64,000 nucleotides of DNA, taken from positions 992,001 through 1,056,000 of the forward strand of contig CM120640.1 of NCBI GenBank assembly GCA_051362555.1, written 5' to 3'. Shown in pieces: positions 1-15,691 of the stretch. The translations under genes and the position numbers were made by a program. Each line of letters begins with the position of its first letter. Positions within the stretch are counted from its first letter, which is position 1. Source of the DNA: Lingula anatina. Its lineage: Eukaryota; Animalia; Brachiopoda. The notes beneath the pieces were generated by a model. It saw only the letters and a program-made list of their open reading frames with translations, had not been told where the DNA came from and did no database searches.

Positions 1-297
1 ACTTATACTTAATTACTTCCAAGCGGCACTAGTAAGACACAATGATGGGGCGGAACATGATTGGACTGAGCCACTTGGCCTCTGTAAGATCAGCCAATCA
101 GTGGCATATGAGTTCAGTTACAGAGAGTGAGAGTTACTAAGAGGGGAGATAGGGCTCTCTATCACATCTTCAAAAAAAAAAGAAAAAAAAAAAAAAAAAA
201 AGCACAACGTTGAGTAGATAATTGTTTAGGAAAAACATTTTAAGGTGAATTTTGGAAAAGTTATTCAAGACCAAGGAAAACCGAGCGGCAGTGCACC

Positions 298-1140
298 ATA
301 CAAATTTGCAAATCGGCACCATACTCACTTTGGCGAATTAGTAAGATACGTGACTTACTGGACAAAACTTCAACTGAAAAACTAGTCCATGCTTTCATTA
401 CTTCTAAGCTTGATTATTGCAACAGTCTCTTATATGGTTTAGGCAAAAATCATCTGAACAAACTTCAATTAATTCAAAATTCTGCAGCTAGGCTGGTAAC
501 TAAAATGGGATGGAACAGCCGAGAGCATATAACACCTGTTTTGATGGAACTTCACTGGCTTCCAGTAAGAGAGAGAATTTTATTAAAAATTTTATGTGTC
601 ATTTTTAAAGCAGTCACTGAGAATAAACCACTTTATATCTCAGAACTTATGAAGCAACATCAGCATGGAAGAGTTACCAGGTCTTCAACTTTTAGTCATT
701 TACTTTTAGAACACAGTGTCTTAGAGAAAAAAGCTGGTAAATTTTACGGTGAAAGGGCATTTATGATATATGCACCCAAAGTTTGGAACACCTTACCCTC
801 TGAAATACGAGCAGCAGGTGACATAGATACTTTTAAAAAGCTTTTGAAAACTCATATTTTTAGAATAGCCTATCAGTAAATATCATATAGTTCATTTTAG
901 TTTTTAATAAGGTGTACTGTAATTTTATGATTAATTTTAAATGTTGTCACTTTAGGTTCTTATCATTTTAGAATATGAATAATTGGTTCTTTAAATTAGT
1001 TCTTAGTCCTTTAAAATTGTAATGTGTTCTTATATTAGTATTGTGCTATTTAGCTCTTTTAAGTGAATGTTGTAAGGCGCATTGAGATTTTTAATGGAAT
1101 GCGCCATAGAAAAATAAATTATTATTATTATTATTATTAT
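298..1140 (+). mobile_element. 5'-truncated L2/CR1-group LINE (ORF2 C-terminal region, 3' UTR and (TTA)n tail)
   Basis: The frame is open from about 298 to 879: QICKSA..WRISKIRDLLDKTSTEKLVHAFITSKLDYCNSLL..LQLIQNSAARLV..HITPVLMELHWLPV..RAF..APKVWNTLP..FKKLLKTHIF, the characteristic post-RT C-terminus of L2/Crack LINEs. A 3' stem-loop (GGCGCATT...AATGCGCC, ~1076-1105) is followed by a (TTA)n tail at 1118-1140. Confidence 0.92.
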
Positions 1141-1318
1141 ACTTGCTTCAGTGGTGAGTATCTATTTATTTTACTAGTTTTTTCTTGAGTAATAAATTCA
1201 AAGTTGGAACAGTATTTTTCGCACCTAATTATACTGCATCTTGGTTTAAGTTTACATTTAGTTTTACCTGCAGGGAAAGCTTTGCTTGTCTCTTGCTACG
1301 GTAAGTTATTCATGGAGA

Positions 1319-1790
1319 ATGGTGAATAAAGTTTTAGCACTGGGCTACTCATACATCCGTAGGCTGGGGCAAATAGTAGATAATCCACATTAAAGAAAAT
1401 ATTTTAACCATATTGGTTTTGGTACTGCCCTGAGTGTCAGGGCACTATACAGCTAGCTTTCTTAATATACCTTTCATGCGTTAGCTTTACAGTGTCGGTA
1501 TTGCTGTTGTGCGTTATATGAAATCAAGATCGAGCTGGCAATAGCGAAATCTAGAACATAGGGTAGGTGGTATCAGCCAACAAGTAGTCTGTCACGGTAT
1601 AGGTGGAGGTATAGTTAATCGGGGCCCTAAGTGTCTGAAAAATGAAATGCATGTGGTAGCTAGCTATCACCCAAATGTAGTCTACCTTCAAGTAGGAGGC
1701 AAATATCAGTCGAAGGAAAATTCAGACTCCTTAAAAATATCGCAGGATATTGTTCAATTTGTATGCGATAATGGACGTTTTAGTCGGAAG
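1319..1790 (+). pseudogene. degenerate SGNH/GDSL hydrolase fragment, probably retrotransposon-derived (DIRS/Ngaro-type or LINE ORF1 esterase)
   Basis: Broken-frame motifs occur in the expected order: MVNKVLALGYSYIRRL (1319-1366; block I GHS..RRL), HGIGGG (~1594) and YHPNVVYLQVGGK (~1665-1703; cf. PDxVxLxxGGND). The region has stops and an inserted small repeat at ~1421-1455 that recurs at ~21416. Confidence 0.55.
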
Positions 1791-2509
1791 GCACTTAACA
1801 ATGACGTTATCTAGAGCATGTGGGCTTAGATTAGAGTGCTGTTGACTACAGTGTTGAAAAAGTTCGTGGTGTTCTTGAAAATCGAGTTAATCAGCAGAAG
1901 AAAAAATATATAAAGAATTAGATTTTCAGAAGTGCGTTTCTTAAAGAGGTACATATTATTTTGAAAGAGAACCTCTTAATTCCATTTTTCACGTCCTTTA
2001 CCTTTATCAATTAGCAAGTAGTTTCCAAGAACTTTTTGAATACCCCATATGCATTACACGAAGATGAAAGTCAAATGTTTCAATCATACTTATCACGAGG
2101 CATCCTGAATTTGCTTGAGAGAAGGATTGGAAAATGGCTGCTCAAAATCAGCCTGTGTAAAAATCGATTTCGAAAGACATTTGAAAAATATCCTTATCCT
2201 CGTTCTTTTATTATGTAAAAATATGGATTTCGCACAAGAGTGAAAACGTGACGCGATATCAAACTAAGGGAGAAAGAGAAGAAAATGCTGCAATATCCGT
2301 CTCGATTTCATCCAAAAAAGTCAGAGTCGACAACTTCTGACCATGAGTAACCACAGCACAGCTGCTCTATCGATTGGGAACATTTCGAACAAACAATATC
2401 TGACTAAAGTATCCAGTGAGAAAATTACTAATGAATCATTCTACTACATCAAAAGATTAGTCTTTCGTGTCCTCTAGATATAAATAAGGAAATGTTATTT
2501 AATTTGCAG

Positions 2510-3176
2510 ACTAGAAATTCAGTGATTCCTAAAATCATTTATCAATCCTGGAAAACCAAAGATTTACCAAAACGCTTCGCAAAATGGCAAAAGTCTTGGA
2601 CCCCATTCCCACAGATTTTAGATCGATCTATCCTTGTGGGGAGTCCCACTGAATTACTGTCCGCTTAGCCGCCTACTAAAAGCTGTAAGGGGGTAATAAA
2701 CTATGGTGCGCGCTCAGCTGACTGCAATCTAAGATCTAAGATCTTAGCTGCAATTTAGCGTGAACCCCCAGGGAGTTATGTCGATCTAAATCTAAATCCC
2801 TGGATCGATCTAAATCTCTGGGAATGCACCCTCGGAGAGCTTGTTTTCCTTACTGGGAATATAAATTATGGACAGACAAAGACGACACAATGTACATAAA
2901 AAAAGCGCTACCCATGGTCTCTTAAGACATACGACGCATACGACACAAATATCAAAAGAGCAGATGTCGTCAGATATTTTTACCTTTACCATTACGGGGG
3001 AATATGTGGGTCTGAATTAAATGTACGAATGTATCAAGCCTTTTGAGCATCTTCTTGTTAAAGATTTGATATCTGAATCAATGGACCTACTCCGAGACGG
3101 ACACAAGTATCCAGATTACCCATACATACAGAATTCCTTCATGATTTCTCGAGCTGGGCACCCCTTCTGAAAACAG
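2510..3176 (+). pseudogene. glycosyltransferase family 32 (DXD sugar-binding, OCH1/SUR1-like mannosyltransferase) pseudogene interrupted by a MITE
   Basis: After the acceptor at 2509 the frame reads TRNSVIPKIIYQSWKTKDLPKRFAKWQKSW, then the MITE (2599-2831), then RACFPYWEYKLWTDKD..(+1 frameshift)..RYPWSLKTYDAYDTNIKRADVVRYFYLYHYGGI..(frameshift, DXD destroyed)..ECIKPFEHLL...IQNSFMISRAGHPF*KQ, with a GTGAGT donor at 3177. These match GT32 motifs IPKIIHQTWK, WEYxLWTD, RADxxRYxxLYxYGG and NxxMxSxxGHPF. Confidence 0.85.
2599..2831. mobile_element. MITE family A (PIF/Harbinger-like), copy 1
   Basis: TIRs GACCCCATTCCCACAGATTTTAGATCGATC ... GATCGATCTAAATCTCTGGGAATGCACCC, with 3-bp flanks TTG/TCG. Removing the element plus one TSD restores the GT32 reading frame. 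Other copies lie at 31296 and 40802. Confidence 0.85.
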
Positions 3177-4509
3177 GTGAGTTCTTTATTAACACGTTTC
3201 ATTAGACAGGCCTTTTTTCCTAGAAAATGTGTGTATTTCTGCAGAAATGCTCACACACACTTTTGCTCGAAATGAAAGAATATTTTGGAAATAAGATATG
3301 TAGTTTTCACACACGACACGTCTGCGATGAAAATCGCAGCAGTCACAATTCCGTCATACTCATCCTGCATGTGGCAATGGAAACAATATACCCATCCATA
3401 TACCTAACAATTTGACGTGTTATATAAAACGAGGGGGAGGTGCAATATATGGCTTACGGATCTATTGTCCTCCAAAGTAGTAGGGCCTACCTGTATCAGT
3501 CAGGTCGAAGGTTCTGGTAAACGTTATTGTATTGCTGTAGATATTTCTCCGGCGGCTTTGTAGACGTCGGTTTTGCTTCTCTCATAATGTGAATATTGAT
3601 CAGAAATAATCTTTGAAATAATTAATATTTTGAATTTTAAGCTGGGTGTGTGGATGTTCTGAAAACGAAATAATCCGACATAACCCAGTAAGCTTGTTCA
3701 GGTAGAATATTATTTTACTGTTGTACGAGAAAACGGTTCGTGGAAGAAATTTGCTGATTGCACGACGCTGCAGTTCATTTTGGCTGATGCCCAGTCGTGT
3801 TTAGTTTAATGGTTTTGACTTGTCGCTTCTTAATGTTAATGATGGCACGTAGATACCAATTTGCATTTTACGGCTACACATTTAAATGCAATGTGAGCGA
3901 TTTATTAGCGCAAAACTCCTCATGAAAAAGAATTATTCTCACTTCGTTATTTTCTCTAAATGCCAAATGTCGACACCATTTTATTCATCAATGAATTGAA
4001 ATATTGTAACCAGCAAACGCGTGTACTGGTCCATCATTACATCGTTTGTAGTTCTGGTGACAATTAACGTCCATATATGTCAATTATTTGCTTCTGTACA
4101 AGATCTTAATTTCCACGTTAAATTGCGGTAAAAAATTATTTTAATTTGATACAGTCCTAGCGTTTGCTTCATCATGACGATTTCGTTATTTCATTGCAAT
4201 GACAATAATTAAATCAAGCTATAGTAGCAAAATGATGACTACATAAATAAAACCATCTTGACATCTTGATCAGTTGAATTTTATTTTGAATATTATTTGG
4301 ATCTATGACACTTCTATAAAATTTTCCAACAGATTGCCAAATAACGGTATACCGTCACTGCAGTAAGTCCACAAAGTATAAGCCTAGCGTGCTGAACATG
4401 TCTTCTTTTTGGGAGAGATTACCAACATGCTTTCGTCCATGTTTTAACTCTGGTTGGTCGTAGTTTGGATCCAGTAAACAAGGCTTTTGGATTGTTTTAT
4501 ATCGTGGGT

Positions 4510-4752
4510 CTATCGTTTTGGTTCTTCTGGTTTCACAGGTGTACTTGTACAATAACACATTTTGTATGGTCTGCCATTGGAGTAAAATGTGGTCCCTCTG
4601 CAAGCACCCGAACACCACGCACTTCTACACAATCTGCTCCGCGAGTCATAATAACACGGTGGCTGATCTGCATCTGTGACAGCGGACATAAGACAGATCG
4701 TTACCAGAACCGTCAGCAAGACAAGTTGAGCCACGCGTTTCTTCATTATCAT
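4510..4752 (-). CDS. small secreted cysteine-rich (defensin-like) peptide precursor
   Basis: 80-aa ORF with a basic-then-hydrophobic signal peptide (MKKRVAQLVLLTVLVTICLMSAVTDA) and a mature region with six Cys (C-x8-C-x4-C-x3-C-x14-C-x-C). An acceptor lies just upstream of the ATG (~4755), a candidate 5'-UTR exon has a GTAAGC donor at ~4938, and AATAAA sits at ~4280-4285. Confidence 0.75.
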   Translation of the reverse strand: MIMKKRVAQLVLLTVLVTICLMSAVTDADQPPCYYDSRSRLCRSAWCSGACRGTTFYSNGRPYKMCYCTSTPVKPEEPKR

Positions 4753-5157
4753 TCCTGTAATATGAACAAGAAACGCCTGTTTAAACGTTCAATACTTTCG
4801 TCTAAATGCATTAGCATAGACGTTTCTCTTTTTCTTGAACAGCTCATCGTTAATCTATTCTAAATTAAATGTTATTTTAAATTAAAATTCGCGAAAGGCG
4901 TCTCTAAGTTCTAGCTAATATATTTGATAAAGCTTACCCGTTATGAGTAACTCAAATTAAAGTGACTGCTTAAGCTCTTCTTTTGGTAACGCCTTGTTAC
5001 AGCTACTTCAGTCTCTCTGAAGAACGAGATCACATCTACCCCATTTATGTCCAAAAACTGGAAACTGGTTTATTCGCCCCTAAATTATACACATTTCCAA
5101 AAGATTGATAGTACTTACCTGGTCTAGGGCAGTAAATTAGTACTTTTTAGATATTTT

Positions 5158-5320
5158 TAGGTGTACGTAACAATTTCTCAACTTGACAAGAAAGTTGCTA
5201 GGTGTACATAACAACTTCCAAACTTGACAAGAAAGATGTTAGGTGTACATAACAACTTTCCAACTTGACAAGAAAGTTGTTAGGTGTACATAACAACTTT
5301 CCAACTTGACAAGAAAGTTG
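5158..5320. repeat. 41-bp minisatellite, about 4 copies
   Basis: Unit TAGGTGTACATAACAACTTTCCAACTTGACAAGAAAGTTGT in tandem. Confidence 0.9.
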
Positions 5321-7557
5321 ATACCCCCTCTGGAGCATTCGTGTATTAGTAAGTACAATACTTTTGACCTGGTTGGATAAATATTGTGTCATAATGGCAC
5401 AATCACCAAAAATTACTGAATGATACGAATAAGATTGATGGATATTGGAAACCAAGATAAAATTCAGATATAATTTCAAATAAGTTGAACGACTTAAAAA
5501 AATTTAAAAAGTTTACGTGGCAGCTAGTTTTGAAGCTTGTTTAATGCTCTTGTGATAAAATGACCCATTGAACGTTTGGTCTTGGATCAATTATAAATAT
5601 ATAGTGTGAATATATAAAATATTGCAGTAGGTGGGGTGTTTGTAATCAGTGATCGTGAAAATTAGGGTGCGTGTCATTAAGTGCGTATTTGAGCATATCG
5701 AGACAATTGGATATACACTTAAAATTCTGCTGTACGCGTGCATGCTAACATTAACGTTTGAAATCTTTCACCTCTACTTTTCTACAGATAAATCTCATTG
5801 TTAATGTTTATTTGATTTGTATTGAAATTTCAGGTAGATAATTATGGCCACTCCTGTTTGGTTAAGGTATTTTATTTACCACCACATGGGCCTAGCCTGC
5901 TTATCACTTGTTCTCGTGTTTCTCAGATAGAATGTTAACGAATATCAAGCTTATTTTCATAACGTTAAAAAAAGGATTTTTTTTTTTTGTGGATAAAGCT
6001 GACTAAACCAGGAAGTCCAAAAAGCTTTTAATATCTCTTCTAACCAAAACTTAATTCTGCATTTGAGAAAAGTACCGACTGTCTCAACTGTCGCATTTAT
6101 ACCTGCATTTTTCCAAGTCCCTGCCCACTACACATTAATAGAGTTCAGTATTTGCGTCATCAGCCCAGACAAAGGCTGGGTACTGTCTCTTTGAGGAACA
6201 CGTGTCTCTTAAGTTTGTAGTCTTGTTGACATAGTGGCATAGTGACTACAGATTGGCCGCCAATACTGCTACAAAGGTTCGAATAGAACTATACCCCTAG
6301 CAAAAAAAGTGTCCGCCCCAATGTAACGTTAGTAAGTGACAGCATGCAGCGAATAAGAGCGGGGAGTGTTTTGTAGTGTTACTTTAGTTGATTGACACGA
6401 CCTTATTGTACTTAAGCGAAGAATGTAATGTAGACGGAGAGAAAGATGTAAGAGGTTGAACGTAGAGGAATAAACTGTAGATAGCGTAGTTAGAAAGCGA
6501 TAATAAAGAATATGGGAAAACACGGAAATTGTCTAGTTATTACCTCGCGCCACCAATAAGACATGCAAAGTCAGCAACGTCGTCACACCAACGAAATGCG
6601 TACAGAAAATCAAGTCATGAACCAATGTTCTTTATTCAGCCTCTAAAAGAAATTTTTTCACAAAAGTTTACTGATTGTACTACCAATAGATAAATAACCA
6701 CCGTAAAAAACCAAAGCCACATTTAGTCTTTTGTACAGTATCTTCTGGATTAGAGGACGCACCTGTCGCGTCTGTGCGCGGAGTCAAAAAGTTCTGTAAC
6801 CTTTGCGCAGTGATGGTGTTTCACATACGGTGCAAAGATAGTATGGGTATTTTTGTTTGCAGAGTTATCCCTCAATTATCCATTTAAGAAGATTCTTAAT
6901 GAAGTTCTGATTTGGATCAGGTTAATGTGATGTATAAAGCATCCAACATTCCAGCTTTTTGCGACATTTGAAAATAGTCTGTCATAAAAAGACGCGCATT
7001 GCATTTCAACGAAAATTGAATTAATTTTAATTTAACTCGCCAGTTTCACATTTTTAGTTTTTATACTGTTAACTGAAACGTTGAAAACTACCATAACCGT
7101 CAATCAAGACAGTGTATTCATTACATAAGTCGACAGGTGAAAGCAGAAATGCACAGTCGTCTTTTTGTTTCACTGAAAATCCCAGCGTTTGGAAGCACCC
7201 AGGCCATGGAGAGAGAGGGTTTGAATCCGGTCCAAGCTTACAATTCAGAATATCCAAGTGAAAAGTAAGATCCATTATTAGATTTTATTTCCTCATTATT
7301 TTACCTTAATGATTATCGAACGTTGTAACAATTTAATAATCTGGGTAATGCTCAGGTGCAGTGCAGTGTACCACACATGCCCGCTATGCTGGCTACGTAC
7401 GTATACCATATAACTATAGACTACCAATTGATCCCCGGTCAAAGTAGACAAGAATTTGGGTCTTAAATCTTTGTAAAGATCTAGAAGACTTACGTTCGGT
7501 TTAATGCTACTTTACAAAGCTTTACCATGGAAGTATGTGCAGGGCAAAAACTCTTAT

Positions 7558-7800
7558 AGACCATTCCCAGAGACTATCTTACTAACTTTGGATCGAACTG
7601 TCTCCGGGGGATTCTTGGGCGGTTTAGATGTTAGATGTGTGTCAGGCCTGCTGAGGCTGATATGGGTAATTAACTATCGTTTAGCAGCTTTAACTTAGTG
7701 AGCGTCCCAGACGTCTAAGCCGATTTGGCTGAAAGCAATTTAGCGAGGGACCCCGTGGAGATGGATCGATCCTGTTAGATCGATCTAGGGATGGGAACTC
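7558..7800. mobile_element. diverged MITE related to family A
   Basis: Begins GACCATTCCCAGAGA and ends TTAGATCGATCTA..GGGAA. The interior resembles the reverse complement of family A (e.g. TTTAGCAGCTT, GATGGATCGATC). Confidence 0.5.
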
Positions 7801-8695
7801 AGTCTTAGTCGTGCTATATGACCTGAGAAGTGCAAACTGTTGCCTGAATGAGGTCACACATGAATGGTGATAGCTGGCGGCACGTAGTCGTCAAACCCCG
7901 TCATCTGGAATGCACGACCTGATATCAAGGCACGGGGTTACATGGTTTTACCAAGCTTACGGGGTTGACACTTATCCTGTGGAATGTTTCTATTCCCTTT
8001 GCAAGATAGCTGACATGCACGCTTAAGAACAATTTTAATAACGCGTGACATATATTTTTGTATGTCCCAGTGCATTTTAAGTTAATTTAACCTGCAAGGA
8101 ATACATGTCGCGAACTTGGTTTAAAGTGATAATAACTCTTCATTTCGGCCAAAAAATTAATTTTTCTGGAGTAAACAACAATTTTCCTATACTAACCAAT
8201 GGTTAATGAATCCATTTTTACATTCAAAGTTAGTCCCTGGTTTTTTTCTAAAAAGTTTGTTTTTTGGTTAAAATCTCTTAAGAGATTTTAACAGAGTATA
8301 GCCATCAATGGAGGTCACGTGGTCTGAAGACAAGTTCAGATATCAGAAAAAATAGCTATAACTGCCATTTTTGTGGTAAAACAGAATATATTATATTTCT
8401 ATGAGTTATTCACAATGTTTTTATCGTGAAATATAGATCTCATACGAAGAGTTATTATCCCTTTAAATTGTGGTTCAAAAGTTAAAGTTGGTGCCTAAGG
8501 GTTTGAAACACGATAGCGTGATGTTTGATAGCACTATGTGTACGAGGTGCCGTTGGTGCCTTTATGATATCTTTTTTAAGGTGACGTAAATCAGGTCAAC
8601 TCACTGTGGGGAAATAACACAGTCGATGCACGCATGGCCTCATATTCGCAGCATGTCGTAATCCAAAGAGGACTTGCAAAGACAGCGACTACAGA

Positions 8696-13069
<4,374 letters not shown>

Positions 13070-14477
13070 TTTTCACCTTTCTTAAGTTTTACCAATGCTT
13101 TGTATCCATTTACACGTTTCTTTATTAACATAATGTATTTAATCGTTGCTTTAAGGCAAACTATGCATATTGCATTTTTTCACAATTGCTATAGCCTTTA
13201 ACATCAACATTCCTGCGGGGAATTCCATATATTTATCCTTTATAGTCTGGAGAAAAGATTTATGTAAGAAATATGCACATCTACTGATATGAGTAGAATG
13301 AACAATCGACATCTTCTAACGTCGGTGACGGAGGTTTTATAATTGTATGCACAATCTTACCCTTCCAGCACAAGCTGCCCCACATAAGACATTCCTTATG
13401 CGCTTTTTATTTGATGCGAATTTCTTCGTATCGACTGTTATTTGTTATTATAGGCCTATTATGCAAGTTTACTGATATTTGTGTATGATCATTCATCGTG
13501 AAGGCTGTGCTAGTTTTAGATAAAGCTTTGTGTAATTGAGAAAGCAACAGAACTAGAATCTTTTTTTATTGTGTTTTGTTGTAAAGCATGTGACATGCAG
13601 GTGGAAAAGGACAAGTCAGACACAATGGGACCGTTCACCATGACTTTTGTCGACGTAGCTAATGCGCACAACAGTAAATCTACGGGACTCTTGCTGAATA
13701 CAATCAGATTAAAAGATCACTACACCTCCTCCTGGCGTTGAGTTGATTATAGAAATACTGGCTATTATACAAGTACAAGGTACAGATACGTTTCATACGT
13801 TTTAAGCCACCTCAGGCCAAGCAACGAAGTACTTCACGTATGCTAGAGAGCATGAATGTCATTGAGAGACCATTACTGGATTCCTTTCATGTTGGTCCGC
13901 CATATTTAGGTCTCGGCCTTGCTAGACCTCGGCTCTTCTTTATATGAATGTTTTCTTACAGTACATGATGTTTTATCATCATTTTTACATGTCAGGAAGC
14001 CCCGCGGGCCTTGTGATTGTCATTACAGAATTTGTTTCCATTGCTGAGATGAATCCTTATCAAATTATCACATTTTGTAACTGATTCACATCATATGGCG
14101 TCACCCCGTGGTAATTTCAGAGTACGATTTGTGTAGAACCAACAGAACATGAAAAGTTTTTTTGGGTGATTCACACGCTGACAGAATTACTGCAGTTCCA
14201 ACGAAAACCAGTTTTAGTTAGATTCGAGAACAGTACGAGGTCACAGATTACCGGTCGTTGACCTTAAAGAGTTAATAAATCTCCCTGTCATGTTACAACA
14301 TATTATGCCTCCAGGGGTATGAGCAGACGATTTGTTAACAAAAGAGATTATACTGAGTATAAAGCCGGGTACATCTGTAGCCTACAACGTAACGGGAATA
14401 GGAGACTGACAGTCTGTACTTAACCTCCGACATCAGGGGCTTCTAAACTACATGTAGGTTACAAAATTAAAGTATAT

Positions 14478-14794
14478 CAGGCCTACCCAACTACCAGACT
14501 TGGCACCGAATGATCCTGAATTCGCCGGTAGATCAGACCACACTACCCGTTTTCAAGGTGTGTGTCAGATCGCATTACATAGTATCATACCCTGAACAAA
14601 TTTTGAGTGGTGATGCAATGCTTTTCAACCCCGCTGAGAATCGTCACTATCACATCGCGTACTAGGCAAGAGAGGTGTCGCGTCTGATACTGTGTAATGC
14701 GATCTGACACACACCTTGAAAACGGGTAGTGTGGTCCGATCTAACGGTGAATTCAGGATCATTCGGTGCCGAGTCTGGTAGTTGGGTAGGCCTG
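14478..14794. mobile_element. foldback/MITE element with ~110-bp near-perfect inverted repeats
   Basis: CAGGCCTACCCAACTACCAGAC...CAGATCGCATTACA (14478-~14590) pairs with TGTAATGCGATCTG...GTAGTTGGGTAGGCCTG (~14685-14794). TATAT flanks both sides. Confidence 0.88.
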
Positions 14795-15691
14795 TATATG
14801 CCATACATAATTTTGTAATGGACTGCTAGCGCATCCTGAGGTCAGCGTGTAATACTTTTTGATCAGACGCCGTATCTCAGGAATAAACTCTGTTCCTTAC
14901 CAGCAAAGGTGTTAAGAGGGAGATGGACGTGTCTGGCATGAACAAAGATATACAGCTGCACTGGGTTATGTACATTTATCTATTTTATAAGTTAAGACAC
15001 CTGGATTGGAATTAATATAAAGAGAGACATTTCATAGTCTTTGCATATTTTCAGTCAATTATCTTTACTTTTACAAACCATTGACTTAATAAAAAAGCAC
15101 ATTCTGAAAGACGCGGAAGGTATTTTGATAGCCTTGGGTACGCTTCCCTTGAAGAAAATGGTATTCTCATCACATTTATTCCATATAGATACCCTTATGT
15201 TCCCTAACTTATTACTAAGCCTCCGGGCGTGGCAATTTATTTCATAGTTTTATTCATTAATTCACTCATTTGATCAAATTATATAATGGCAATCTTTTAC
15301 AAAACTAACTCTTTCCAAGTACAAAAAATCACCCCCAATGTCTTCAAGTGGTTTTCACGATGTTAACGCTTAAAGAATACTGACTGAGTTCGGATTATGC
15401 AGCGGAGACTCACGTCCCCGTTTCTTTAGAAATACTGAATACTTATTCGTTGATAAACTGAATAAGGTAGTAACTAAATTATTCTAGACAAGAAACAATT
15501 AAAATGTCTCAGTGGGAAGTACTAAGTCACGTGATAAAATGTTTATTCTTTAGGTCGTTATATTAAAGGTAATTAACGATCGATTTGAAACACATTGTTT
15601 ACTTTTAATTTGTTCATATACATGTTTTCCATGAATTCAACCAAAATGACAAGATAAGAACGAAAGAACAAAAATCTAATCTCACTTGGAC

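Noticed and set aside
4355-4863. Overlapping 132-aa (+) and 87-aa (-) ORFs
   Set aside because: They overlap the better-supported signal-peptide/6-Cys ORF and have no recognisable features.
5844-6230. Possible N-terminal TM exon of another type II membrane protein (MATPVWLRYFIYHHMGLACLSLVLVFLR*)
   Set aside because: Early stop and no recognisable downstream domain; it cannot be supported.
6322-6545. Purine-rich segment starting TGTAACG, resembling a solo LTR
   Set aside because: No clear CA terminus, TSD or second copy in the window.
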